Origin: an uncultured Candidatus Actinomarina sp.
GTDB lineage: Bacteria > Actinomycetota > Acidimicrobiia > Actinomarinales > Actinomarinaceae
Length of the DNA: 63,537 bases
NCBI GenBank assembly: GCA_902609285.1
Contig: CACLRL010000005.1
Location: forward strand, 1-63,537
Direction of reading: 5' to 3'
Positions within the stretch are counted from its first letter, which is position 1. Every line of letters begins with the position of its first letter. Below are positions 55,049 through 63,537 of this stretch, piece by piece. A model generated the notes under the pieces. It did no database searches and had not been told where the DNA came from. It saw only the letters and a program-made list of their open reading frames with translations. Position numbers and translations under genes: made by a program.

Positions 55049-55882
55049 TTAACTTAATGGTCGTTCTCCAAATTTATCTGACAATGCTCTTCTCCATTCC
55101 ACTGACGAAGTGAGATAATCAATTAACTCATTTTTTTCTTGTAAAGACATCAACGATGATATTTCTTCGATTAGTGCGATAAGAAAATTATTTATATTTT
55201 TTGAGTTTGAGTTGTACATGTCTATTATCATCTCTGGGTTTGTCCTTGTAAGCCTTGTTGCCCCATCAAACCCTCCAGCTGCTAATCCCATTATTTCCTC
55301 AATTTCATAATCTTTCTTAGCAATACCCACAAGTGCAGAACTTATCAAGTGAGGTAGATGGCTCGTAATCGATAATATCTCATCATGCTTTTTCCTATCA
55401 ATCCATACTTCTTTACAATCTAAAATATTTATAAACGCTGATGCAATTTCTCTTGCTTTATCATCGGTTGAATTAGTTTCGCAAAGAAGAAATGTTGCAT
55501 TTTTGTACATTTCTGGATGTGGCTCCCAATTTGTATTATCAGCTAATCCACACATTGGGTGTCCCCCAATTGCAGGAATATTTGAATTGTCCATTAAATC
55601 ACATATGGACTCTTTGGTACCTCCAATATCAATTATCAGCTCAGATTTATCAATCTCATGTTCTTTTGATAAGAAAGAAATAATATTGTTTATAGGCATC
55701 GAAAGAATAGTCAGATCATACTTTTCAGCATTTGACTTAATATTTATACCAAACTCTTCTGCTCTTTTCTCTACATCAGGATTAATATCTTCGCCATAAA
55801 CATTTAGTCCTTTATTGACTAGATTAATTCCTAAGTTTGCACCCATTAATCCAAGGCCAATTATTTTTATATTTTTGATCAT
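55049..55882 (-). CDS. tyrA: Prephenate dehydrogenase
   Basis: IIGLGLMGANLG Rossmann motif and GGHPMCG catalytic region. Confidence 0.85.
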   Translation of the reverse strand: MIKNIKIIGLGLMGANLGINLVNKGLNVYGEDINPDVEKRAEEFGINIKSNAEKYDLTILSMPINNIISFLSKEHEIDKSELIIDIGGTKESICDLMDNSNIPAIGGHPMCGLADNTNWEPHPEMYKNATFLLCETNSTDDKAREIASAFINILDCKEVWIDRKKHDEILSITSHLPHLISSALVGIAKKDYEIEEIMGLAAGGFDGATRLTRTNPEMIIDMYNSNSKNINNFLIALIEEISSLMSLQEKNELIDYLTSSVEWRRALSDKFGERPLS

Positions 55883-56898
55883 AATGTTAAAGATCGACCC
55901 ACAACATCAGCCATTAAACTTACTTTCTTACCAAGCTCTACCAACTCTATTGGCGTTAGGGCTTGAGGGCCATCACATAAAGCTTCATCCGGTCTTGGAT
56001 GAATTTCGATTAATAATCCATCTGCTCCTGCAGCTATTGAAGCTAGTGCAATAGGCGCTACTAAGTTGTTTGCTCCAGTTCCGTGACTTGGATCTGCAAT
56101 AACAGGTAAATGAGTGTTCATCTTCAAATAAGGTATTGCATTAATGTCAAACGTATTTCTTGTCGCAGTTTCGAAAGTCCTAATTCCTCGCTCGCATAAA
56201 ATAACATTTTCATTTCCTCTGCTTAATATATATTCAGAAGCTAAAAGCAATTCCTCAAGAGTTGCACTCATACCTCTTTTCAATAAAACAGGAAGCTTCG
56301 ATTCACCAACAGCTTCTAATAACTTAAAATTTTGCATATTTCTTGCTCCGATTTGAAGAACATCTACATAATTTTCCATCATTTGTAAATGTTGGATATC
56401 CATAATTTCACTAAACAAAGGGAGTTTGTGTTTATCAGCTGCCTCTTTCAACAATACTAAGCCTTCTTCTCCTAAACCCTGAAAACTATAAGGTGATGTT
56501 CTAGGTTTAAAAGCTCCTCCTCTAAGGCCATTTCCTCCTGCTTGTATTACAGCTTCTGCAGTCTCTAAAGTCTGCTCTCTATATTCGGCACTATCTGGCC
56601 CAGCTATAAAAGCAAGTTCTTTACCTCCAATAGTAAGATCTTTTATCTTTATTTCTGTATTTGTATCTTTATATGTTTTACTTGCAAGCTTGTAAGATCT
56701 CCCAATTGGGATAACTTCGTGTACGTTGTCAAGTAAACGCATTACACCTCTGTTATCTTCGATAACTTTTCCATGCACTGCAACGACAGTCCTTTCAACA
56801 CCATAAAGTACTTTTGGCTCATGACCTTGTTCAATAGCTTTTACTTTTACTTTCTCTATATCTTCTTCTGTAGCTGCTTGTTTCATAACTACTATCAA
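55879..56898 (-). CDS. aroF: 3-deoxy-7-phosphoheptulonate (DAHP) synthase, class I-beta with an N-terminal ferredoxin-like regulatory domain
   Basis: LRGGAFKPRTSPYSFQGLGEEGL, QIGARNMQNF, KRG and DPSH motifs. The N-terminal LIVVMKQAATEEDIEKV resembles the Thermotoga-type regulatory domain. I place the start at TTG 56898, 6 nt after AGGAGG, rather than at the ORF-track ATG 56943, which would run through the terminator. Confidence 0.9.
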   Translation of the reverse strand: MIVVMKQAATEEDIEKVKVKAIEQGHEPKVLYGVERTVVAVHGKVIEDNRGVMRLLDNVHEVIPIGRSYKLASKTYKDTNTEIKIKDLTIGGKELAFIAGPDSAEYREQTLETAEAVIQAGGNGLRGGAFKPRTSPYSFQGLGEEGLVLLKEAADKHKLPLFSEIMDIQHLQMMENYVDVLQIGARNMQNFKLLEAVGESKLPVLLKRGMSATLEELLLASEYILSRGNENVILCERGIRTFETATRNTFDINAIPYLKMNTHLPVIADPSHGTGANNLVAPIALASIAAGADGLLIEIHPRPDEALCDGPQALTPIELVELGKKVSLMADVVGRSLTL

Positions 56899-56910
56899 TT
56901 TGTTCCTCCT

Positions 56911-56938
56911 AAAAAAAAATCGGGCTTTTGCCCGATTT
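56911..56938 (-). terminator. Intrinsic terminator inside the aro operon (attenuator terminator)
   Basis: The RNA AAAUCGGGC-AAAA-GCCCGAUUU forms a 9 bp stem. The U-run totals 9 U, and the AGGAGG of DAHP synthase follows it directly. Confidence 0.7.
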
Positions 56939-56962
56939 GACACAATGTAACTTTAGGGCAGC

Positions 56963-57004
56963 TTATATATGCGCTCTAAAGTAAAAGTATGTGTTAGTTT
57001 TCAT
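56963..57004 (-). promoter_or_regulatory. Candidate leader peptide ORF (13 aa, MKTNTYFYFRAHI) of a Phe/Tyr attenuator
   Basis: ATG at 57004 to TAA at 56965-56963. Four consecutive aromatic codons (UAC UUU UAC UUU) lie 62 nt upstream of the terminator U-run, and the last Phe codon sits in a hairpin arm. There is no obvious SD. Confidence 0.55.
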
Positions 57005-57045
57005 TGTGGTAATGTTAGCACGTAATTTTCTTTTGGAAAGAATTT

Positions 57046-57387
57046 TTATCTATCAGGACGTAAATTTTTTGCTTCACCCAAATACACATGATTTGGTTCG
57101 ATATTATCTTGATATATTACTAAAACTCGAATGCAACCTAATAAATCACCTTCAATGTTTGGTGCTAAAGAATCGAGTGCAGGTATTTGGTCATATCCAA
57201 GATCTCTAACTGCTTTGGCCGGGAAAGCAGCATTCAAGTCTTTTGTAACTGTAAATAGTACCGAAACAACTTTAGAAATTACTAAATTGTTTTTTTCTAT
57301 AATCTCAGTAAATAAAATTTTTGATGATTTTAAAATATTTTCTTCACTGTTTTCAACTGATGCTATTGCACCTCTTATTCCAATCAT
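57046..57387 (-). CDS. aroH: Chorismate mutase, AroH class
   Basis: MIGIRGAI..NILKSSKILFTEIIEKNNL..LFTVTKDLNAAFPAKAVRDLG..CIRVLVIY..VYLGEAKNLRPD is collinear with B. subtilis AroH. I place the start at ATG 57387, because the ORF-track start 57426 lies inside the groEL terminator. Confidence 0.85.
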   Translation of the reverse strand: MIGIRGAIASVENSEENILKSSKILFTEIIEKNNLVISKVVSVLFTVTKDLNAAFPAKAVRDLGYDQIPALDSLAPNIEGDLLGCIRVLVIYQDNIEPNHVYLGEAKNLRPDR

Positions 57388-57400
57388 GACATATAATGAT

Positions 57401-57436
57401 AAAAAAAAAGAGTGGTTTTTGTCCACTCTTTTTTTT
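57401..57436 (-). terminator. Rho-independent terminator after groEL
   Basis: The RNA A-run-AGAGUGG-ACAAAAA-CCACUCU-U9 begins 15 nt after the groEL stop. Confidence 0.7.
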
Positions 57437-57450
57437 AAAATATGATTAAG

Positions 57451-59088
<1,638 letters not shown>

Positions 59089-59091
59089 CTA

Positions 59092-59385
59092 TTATTTTCC
59101 GACTACTGCGAGAATATCTCTACTTGAAAGAATCAAGTATTCTTCTCCGTCAACTTTAATTTCTGTTCCACCATATTTTGAATAAACAACTTTATCACCT
59201 TTTTTCACGTCAGGCTTAATTTTTTCTCCATTGTCATTGGTTTCACCAGGTCCCACAGCAATAACTTCACCTTCTTGAGGTTTTTCTTTTGCTGTATCAG
59301 GAATATATATGCCTGATGGAGTTTTCATATCTTCTTCTGATAGTGGTTTTACAACAACCCTATCTCCAAGTGGTTTAAGATTCAT
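59092..59385 (-). CDS. groES: Co-chaperonin GroES
   Basis: [13 protein letters not shown]...GEVIAVGPG; 97 aa. Confidence 0.97.
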   Translation of the reverse strand: MNLKPLGDRVVVKPLSEEDMKTPSGIYIPDTAKEKPQEGEVIAVGPGETNDNGEKIKPDVKKGDKVVYSKYGGTEIKVDGEEYLILSSRDILAVVGK

Positions 59386-59464
59386 AATTATTTTTCTCCT
59401 AAAATTTTCTACGTTTTGAATTTAATATGGTTCTGTTTATAAAGGTATTTATTTTCTTAAATTG

Positions 59465-60466
59465 TTAAGAAATTACTGATGATAGCCTTATATCTTCGAT
59501 GTTCATTTCATTAGTTGTAAGGTTATTTTTTGCAGCGACACAAATCATTGCAGCATTATCAGTTGATAATTTAGGTGAGGGTAAATAAAGATTTTTATCA
59601 TTTTTTTCAGCAAAAGTTTGAATTTTTTCACGAAGTCGCGTATTTGCCATTACTCCTCCTCCTCCTGATAAATTAGTTACACCTGTTTCAGTTACAGCTT
59701 TTTCATATATATTCATCAAAGAATCAACAATTGCCTCTTGGTATGAAGCGGCAAAATCTTTTTTCAAAAGTTTGTCATCGTCAGTTAGTCCTTGTAAAAA
59801 ATAAACTGCAGCTGTTTTTAATCCTGAAAAAGAATAATCAAATTTATTTGAAGTCTTTGGTCTAGGAAGGTTAACTTTATCTGGATCACCACCTTTAGAT
59901 ATTTTCTGTATTGCTGGTCCACCAGGAAAACCAAATCCACAAAATCTAGATAATTTATCAAATGCTTCACCTGCTGCATCATCGATTGTTGAACCTAATA
60001 AATTATATTTTCCCCATTCTTCTACAAACACAATTTGTGTATGACCACCAGACACAAGTAATGATAAAAATGGTGGGTCCATGTTTGGATGATCAATAAG
60101 AGGTGCACTAAGATGACCAACCATATGATCTACTGCATAAAAGGGCTTCTGAAGGGCCCATGCTACTGATTTTGCAAAATTATAGCCCACCACAAGACTG
60201 CCTGATAAGCCTGGACCATCAGTGCTTGCTACAATATCAATTTCACCTATATCAATCCCACATTCATTTATTGATGAATGAAAAAGATTTCTTATCATTT
60301 CAACATGTGCTCTAGACGCTACTTCAGGAACTACACCACCAAATTTCTCATGAATTTCGACCTGTGATGAAATCTTGTTTGTCAACAAGTCATCGCCTTT
60401 CATTAAAGCTATAGCCGTCTCATCACAGCTTGTTTCAAAGCCTAATATGAGTTGTTCATTCTGCAT
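59465..60466 (-). CDS. tsaD: tRNA N6-adenosine threonylcarbamoyltransferase
   Basis: LGFETSCDET, HMVGH and SGGHT motifs. Confidence 0.95.
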   Translation of the reverse strand: MQNEQLILGFETSCDETAIALMKGDDLLTNKISSQVEIHEKFGGVVPEVASRAHVEMIRNLFHSSINECGIDIGEIDIVASTDGPGLSGSLVVGYNFAKSVAWALQKPFYAVDHMVGHLSAPLIDHPNMDPPFLSLLVSGGHTQIVFVEEWGKYNLLGSTIDDAAGEAFDKLSRFCGFGFPGGPAIQKISKGGDPDKVNLPRPKTSNKFDYSFSGLKTAAVYFLQGLTDDDKLLKKDFAASYQEAIVDSLMNIYEKAVTETGVTNLSGGGGVMANTRLREKIQTFAEKNDKNLYLPSPKLSTDNAAMICVAAKNNLTTNEMNIEDIRLSSVIS

Positions 60467-60902
60467 ATACTCTTTCCTTTATAAAAATATCTGCATCTTC
60501 TGTAACATAATATTTTTTTCTTTTACCAAAATATTTAAAATTGTATTTTTTATATAAACTTTGTGCGGATGTGTTTGATTCTCTTACTTCTAAGATAATT
60601 TTTTCATATTTCGAAGTTTCAAAATAGCTTATTAATAGATCCATAAGTTCGGTTGCTACGCCCTTTTTTCTATATTTTTCCAATACACCAATTCCTAGAA
60701 TCTCAATATCGTGGTGAATAAATTGGATACCCAAATATCCAATGATTTCATTTTCATCTTCATAAATCCAATACTTAAAACTTTTGTCATTTATTTTTTG
60801 CTCAATAATGCTGGCATCCCATGACATAGAAAATAATTTTTGCTCTAATTTTGATAACTTAAGGGCTGTCTCAGATGAACAAAATTCTAAACTTTTAATC
60901 AT
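60456..60902 (-). CDS. rimI: Ribosomal-protein-alanine N-acetyltransferase (GNAT)
   Basis: GNAT acetyl-CoA motif (YRKKGVATELM), and it sits between tsaB and tsaD. Confidence 0.85.
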   Translation of the reverse strand: MIKSLEFCSSETALKLSKLEQKLFSMSWDASIIEQKINDKSFKYWIYEDENEIIGYLGIQFIHHDIEILGIGVLEKYRKKGVATELMDLLISYFETSKYEKIILEVRESNTSAQSLYKKYNFKYFGKRKKYYVTEDADIFIKERVYAE

Positions 60903-61590
60903 AAAGCTTTACATCCCCACTCAAGCTATCTTTTGATAATGTCACATCAGGTTCTCTCATGTACTCAAGGTTTATTTCATTAAAATTAGGATAATCTTTT
61001 ATTTTTTCACCAACGTTGTAAATATTTTCAGCAGTCACAAATCTTGGCTCAGCTAATTTAGTGTTACTATCAGTGAGAATTTTTTTATTTTCTATGAGAT
61101 CCCAGTTACCTACTAATAATTTTTTATCAGTATCATCAGAAAGTTTAATTTCTAAGCTTTCAACCGAAATAACTTGAGGATCTGACTCTCGTGTTACTCC
61201 ACCTGGAACAGGCATATATTCGCAATAAGCAAACTCATTTCGTTTAATATCAATCAACGAGCATATCTTTCTATGACTTGTATGTGCTGCAAATGCAAGA
61301 GCATCGAGACCATTTACTGGAATTATAGGGATGCCTAAAACTGCACCAAGTCCTTGAGAAACTGATAAGCCGATTCTTAGTCCTGTGTAATATCCTGGTC
61401 CTACGTCAAGATAAAGTGCGCTAAGATCTTTTCTGCTTACCCTTGTTTTATCAAATAATTCATTTATTTGATTAAGTAGTATTCCAGTTGAGCCCCTGTT
61501 AGTTTTCGAAACAAAACTAGCAAGTAATTTATCTTCAAAAATTGCTGCAGAAACATATTCACCTGATGTAGAAATTGCTAATTTATACAA
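60895..61590 (-). CDS. tsaB: tRNA threonylcarbamoyladenosine biosynthesis protein TsaB
   Basis: The N-terminal ASKHA-like region (LAISTSGEY..VGPGYYTGLRIGLS) and operon context. Confidence 0.85.
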   Translation of the reverse strand: MYKLAISTSGEYVSAAIFEDKLLASFVSKTNRGSTGILLNQINELFDKTRVSRKDLSALYLDVGPGYYTGLRIGLSVSQGLGAVLGIPIIPVNGLDALAFAAHTSHRKICSLIDIKRNEFAYCEYMPVPGGVTRESDPQVISVESLEIKLSDDTDKKLLVGNWDLIENKKILTDSNTKLAEPRFVTAENIYNVGEKIKDYPNFNEINLEYMREPDVTLSKDSLSGDVKLYD

Positions 61591-61591
61591 T

Positions 61592-62020
61592 TTAAAACCT
61601 TACCTTTCTTCTTGAATCGTCAATGATGTCAATATCAACAACTGTCCAATTATTGAGGTTTGAATTAGGAAGTTGATTTGACCATTCAACAAAAAATAAA
61701 GTTTTTTCTTCAAACAAAGGAAGATCAAGGTCAATAAATTCTTGGAATGATGAAAGTCTGTAGAGATCAACATGGTAAATACTTAAATCTTCTTTGTGAT
61801 AATTTTTTACAATATTAAATGTTGGTGAAGTTACATTCTCTTCGATTCCAAGGTAATAAATTATCTTTTTTATTATCGTAGTTTTACCAGCCCCCAAGCT
61901 TCCGTTAAATCCAACTACTGAAGGAATTGATAATTTCGTTACAAAATCTTTTGCAAATTCATCTAAGGCTGATTCTTTAAGCTCGATCTCATTCAATTTC
62001 AATCCTTTCAAGTCGTTCAT
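61592..62020 (-). CDS. tsaE: tRNA threonylcarbamoyladenosine biosynthesis ATPase TsaE
   Basis: GSLGAGKTT Walker A, SPTFNIV and HVDLYRL. I place the start at the internal ATG 62020, because the ORF-track start 62131 lies deep inside alr. Confidence 0.8.
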   Translation of the reverse strand: MNDLKGLKLNEIELKESALDEFAKDFVTKLSIPSVVGFNGSLGAGKTTIIKKIIYYLGIEENVTSPTFNIVKNYHKEDLSIYHVDLYRLSSFQEFIDLDLPLFEEKTLFFVEWSNQLPNSNLNNWTVVDIDIIDDSRRKVRF

Positions 62021-63071
62021 TAATGTTTGTAAGGATTTCCCATTCAATAGTATTATTCCATTCTGCAATATCGAAAACTGTAATTTCAAGTTCATTGTTC
62101 TCTGAATTTCCCAAAAGAATAACTTCATCATTTATATCTGCTTCAACATCTGTAATGTCATAGAGAATTTGGTCCATGGTAACTCTTCCTATCAGATTAC
62201 AGTATGTATTGTTAACGATAACTTTCCCATCAGGAAATGTACTCCATGGATATCCATCGCCGTATCCAACAGGAGATACTCCTACAGTTGTATCTCTTTC
62301 TAAAGTCAAAGCTTTTCCATAAGAAACTGCTTCTCCCTTTTTTCTGTAGTTAATATTTGATATTCTTGTTTTTATAGCCATTGTGGGTTTAAAATCCTGA
62401 TTTACTTCTGCCGGTGTTATGTTACACCCGTAAACTGTCAGACCAACTCTTGATAAATTAAATGTTGGATCAAAATTATAAAATGATGATCCAGAATTAT
62501 CTACGTGTATTAATAAATCATCTAAATCTATATCTTTAATTGTTTCTTTAAATAATTCTATAGATTCTTGTGTTGGTTCTATTTCTTCATCAGCTAATGG
62601 AAAATGGGTACATATACCGGCTAGATTTATGGTTTTAGACTTTTTTATTTTGTTGTAAAGGTTTTTAAAATCCTCTGGTTCGCAACCAACCCTGTGCATA
62701 CCAGTATCTATTTTTATATGGGTGCTAAATTCTTTACCAGATTCTTCTAAACCATCGATAAAAAAATCGTTGTAGACTGTTAAGTCAATATTGTGTCGTT
62801 CTATATTGCCTAATTCATCAAGCGATGGCTCGGTAAGTAACAATACTCTAAGTTCATCAGATTGAGCACGTACTTTTATTGCTTCGCTAATAGCTGCTAC
62901 CGCAAACCATTTAATTCCAGCTTCCATAGCAGTTTTGACAGTCCATTCAATGCCATGACCATAACCATTGGCTTTGACAACTAAGCAAAGTTCTTTATTT
63001 GATAATTTTTTTAATACTTCTATATTGTGTAAATAATTTGCCTTATTTACGTATACGTAACCTCTATCCAT
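61989..63071 (-). CDS. alr: Alanine racemase
   Basis: VVKANGYGHG (PLP lysine) and the C-terminal YGDGYP region. TGA stop. Confidence 0.9.
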   Translation of the reverse strand: MDRGYVYVNKANYLHNIEVLKKLSNKELCLVVKANGYGHGIEWTVKTAMEAGIKWFAVAAISEAIKVRAQSDELRVLLLTEPSLDELGNIERHNIDLTVYNDFFIDGLEESGKEFSTHIKIDTGMHRVGCEPEDFKNLYNKIKKSKTINLAGICTHFPLADEEIEPTQESIELFKETIKDIDLDDLLIHVDNSGSSFYNFDPTFNLSRVGLTVYGCNITPAEVNQDFKPTMAIKTRISNINYRKKGEAVSYGKALTLERDTTVGVSPVGYGDGYPWSTFPDGKVIVNNTYCNLIGRVTMDQILYDITDVEADINDEVILLGNSENNELEITVFDIAEWNNTIEWEILTNINERLERIEIE

Positions 63072-63076
63072 GTTAT

Positions 63077-63537
63077 TTATTCTACAGTAACTGACTTTGC
63101 AAGGTTTCTTGGTTGATCAATTGACTGGCCATTTTTATTTGCGACATGATAAGCAATAAATTGTAAAGGTATAATCGATATCACAGTAGTCAGTATTTCG
63201 TTACTATCTGGGAGAGTCACATAATCATTTGATATATTTTCTAGTTTTTCTGACTCACTGTCTCCAATAGCAATAACATATGCTCCCCTTGCAATGACCT
63301 CTTGTACATTACTGGTTGTCTTATCGAGCAGATGATTTTGACTAGCAGTAACTACTACAGGAGTTCCGTCTTCTATCAAAGCTAGCGTACCATGCTTAAG
63401 TTCTCCTGCTGCCAATGCCTCAGCATGTAGATATGAAATCTCTTTTAATTTTAAGGCGCCTTCAGCTGCCAATGCATAATCCAAGCCTCTTCCAATAAAA
63501 TAAATGTCATTCTTTTTGTAGATTTTTTCAGTTATCT
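63077..63537 (-). CDS. glmS: Glutamine--fructose-6-phosphate aminotransferase, C-terminal part (runs off the window)
   Basis: The SIS-domain end (..KLKEISYLHAEALAAGELKHG..PLQFIAYHVA..DQPRNLAKSVTVE*) is the canonical GlmS C-terminus. Confidence 0.9.
   Translation of the reverse strand, partial: ITEKIYKKNDIYFIGRGLDYALAAEGALKLKEISYLHAEALAAGELKHGTLALIEDGTPVVVTASQNHLLDKTTSNVQEVIARGAYVIAIGDSESEKLENISNDYVTLPDSNEILTTVISIIPLQFIAYHVANKNGQSIDQPRNLAKSVTVE

Noticed and set aside
56899-56943. The longest-ORF starts extend DAHP synthase upstream. The same issue affects aroH (57388..57426) and tsaE (62021..62131).
   Set aside because: The extensions run through a terminator hairpin and U-run (aroF, aroH) or deep into alr (tsaE). 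They encode non-conserved sequence, and better SD-spaced or homology-supported starts exist downstream.
59386-59464. I looked for a CIRCE (HrcA) inverted repeat TTAGCACTC-N9-GAGTGCTAA upstream of groES.
   Set aside because: No match or recognisable degenerate copy is present in the 79-nt spacer. Only an SD (AGGAGA) is visible.

Overview
This is a very AT-rich, almost gap-free window of core genome from a streamlined actinobacterium. The evidence for that placement is a WhiB regulator, a UPF0182 membrane protein next to a PDZ/Lon-like protease and a DUF2342-like protein (as in Mycobacterium Rv3193c-Rv3195), and the block glmS-alr-tsaE-tsaB-rimI-tsaD-groES-groEL. The low GC suggests a marine Actinomarinales-like lineage, which is inference. 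Content: rph and pdxH; TCA-cycle genes (aconitase, sdhCDAB, mdh, icd, sucCD); lipid and envelope genes (plsY, uppP, plsC); a Liv-type ABC importer operon with an embedded acyl-CoA synthetase; htrA, ahpE-like and whiB; pcrA and trpS; a Fur-family regulator with cbiQ/cbiO; one initiator tRNA-Met; and a single minus-strand super-operon (57387 down to 49111) that encodes the whole shikimate pathway plus chorismate mutase, prephenate dehydrogenase and prephenate dehydratase. I saw no CRISPR arrays, transposases, integrases or rRNA. Main second-look items: (1) a membrane-anchored thioredoxin-fold gene whose CxxC motif reads U(TGA)-L-G-C, with an intact downstream frame and a nearby hairpin, which makes it a candidate selenoprotein that ORF callers split; (2) a 13-codon leader ORF (MKTNTYFYFRAHI) followed by a strong terminator directly in front of the DAHP synthase RBS, a candidate Phe/Tyr ribosome-mediated attenuator; (3) four housekeeping genes (hup, pheA, aroQ, probably cbiQ), each broken by one extra base in an A/T homopolymer, most likely sequencing artefacts, so ORF-based annotation here is truncated; (4) several eukaryote- or archaea-like proteins (mitochondrial-type aconitase, cytochrome b5 reductase-like, fatty-alcohol-oxidase-like GMC enzyme, translin family), a two-module Cas4/RecB-like nuclease, and an SCP2-like ORF coupled to sdhB. 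All homology statements come from reading the translations and motifs; no database search was run.
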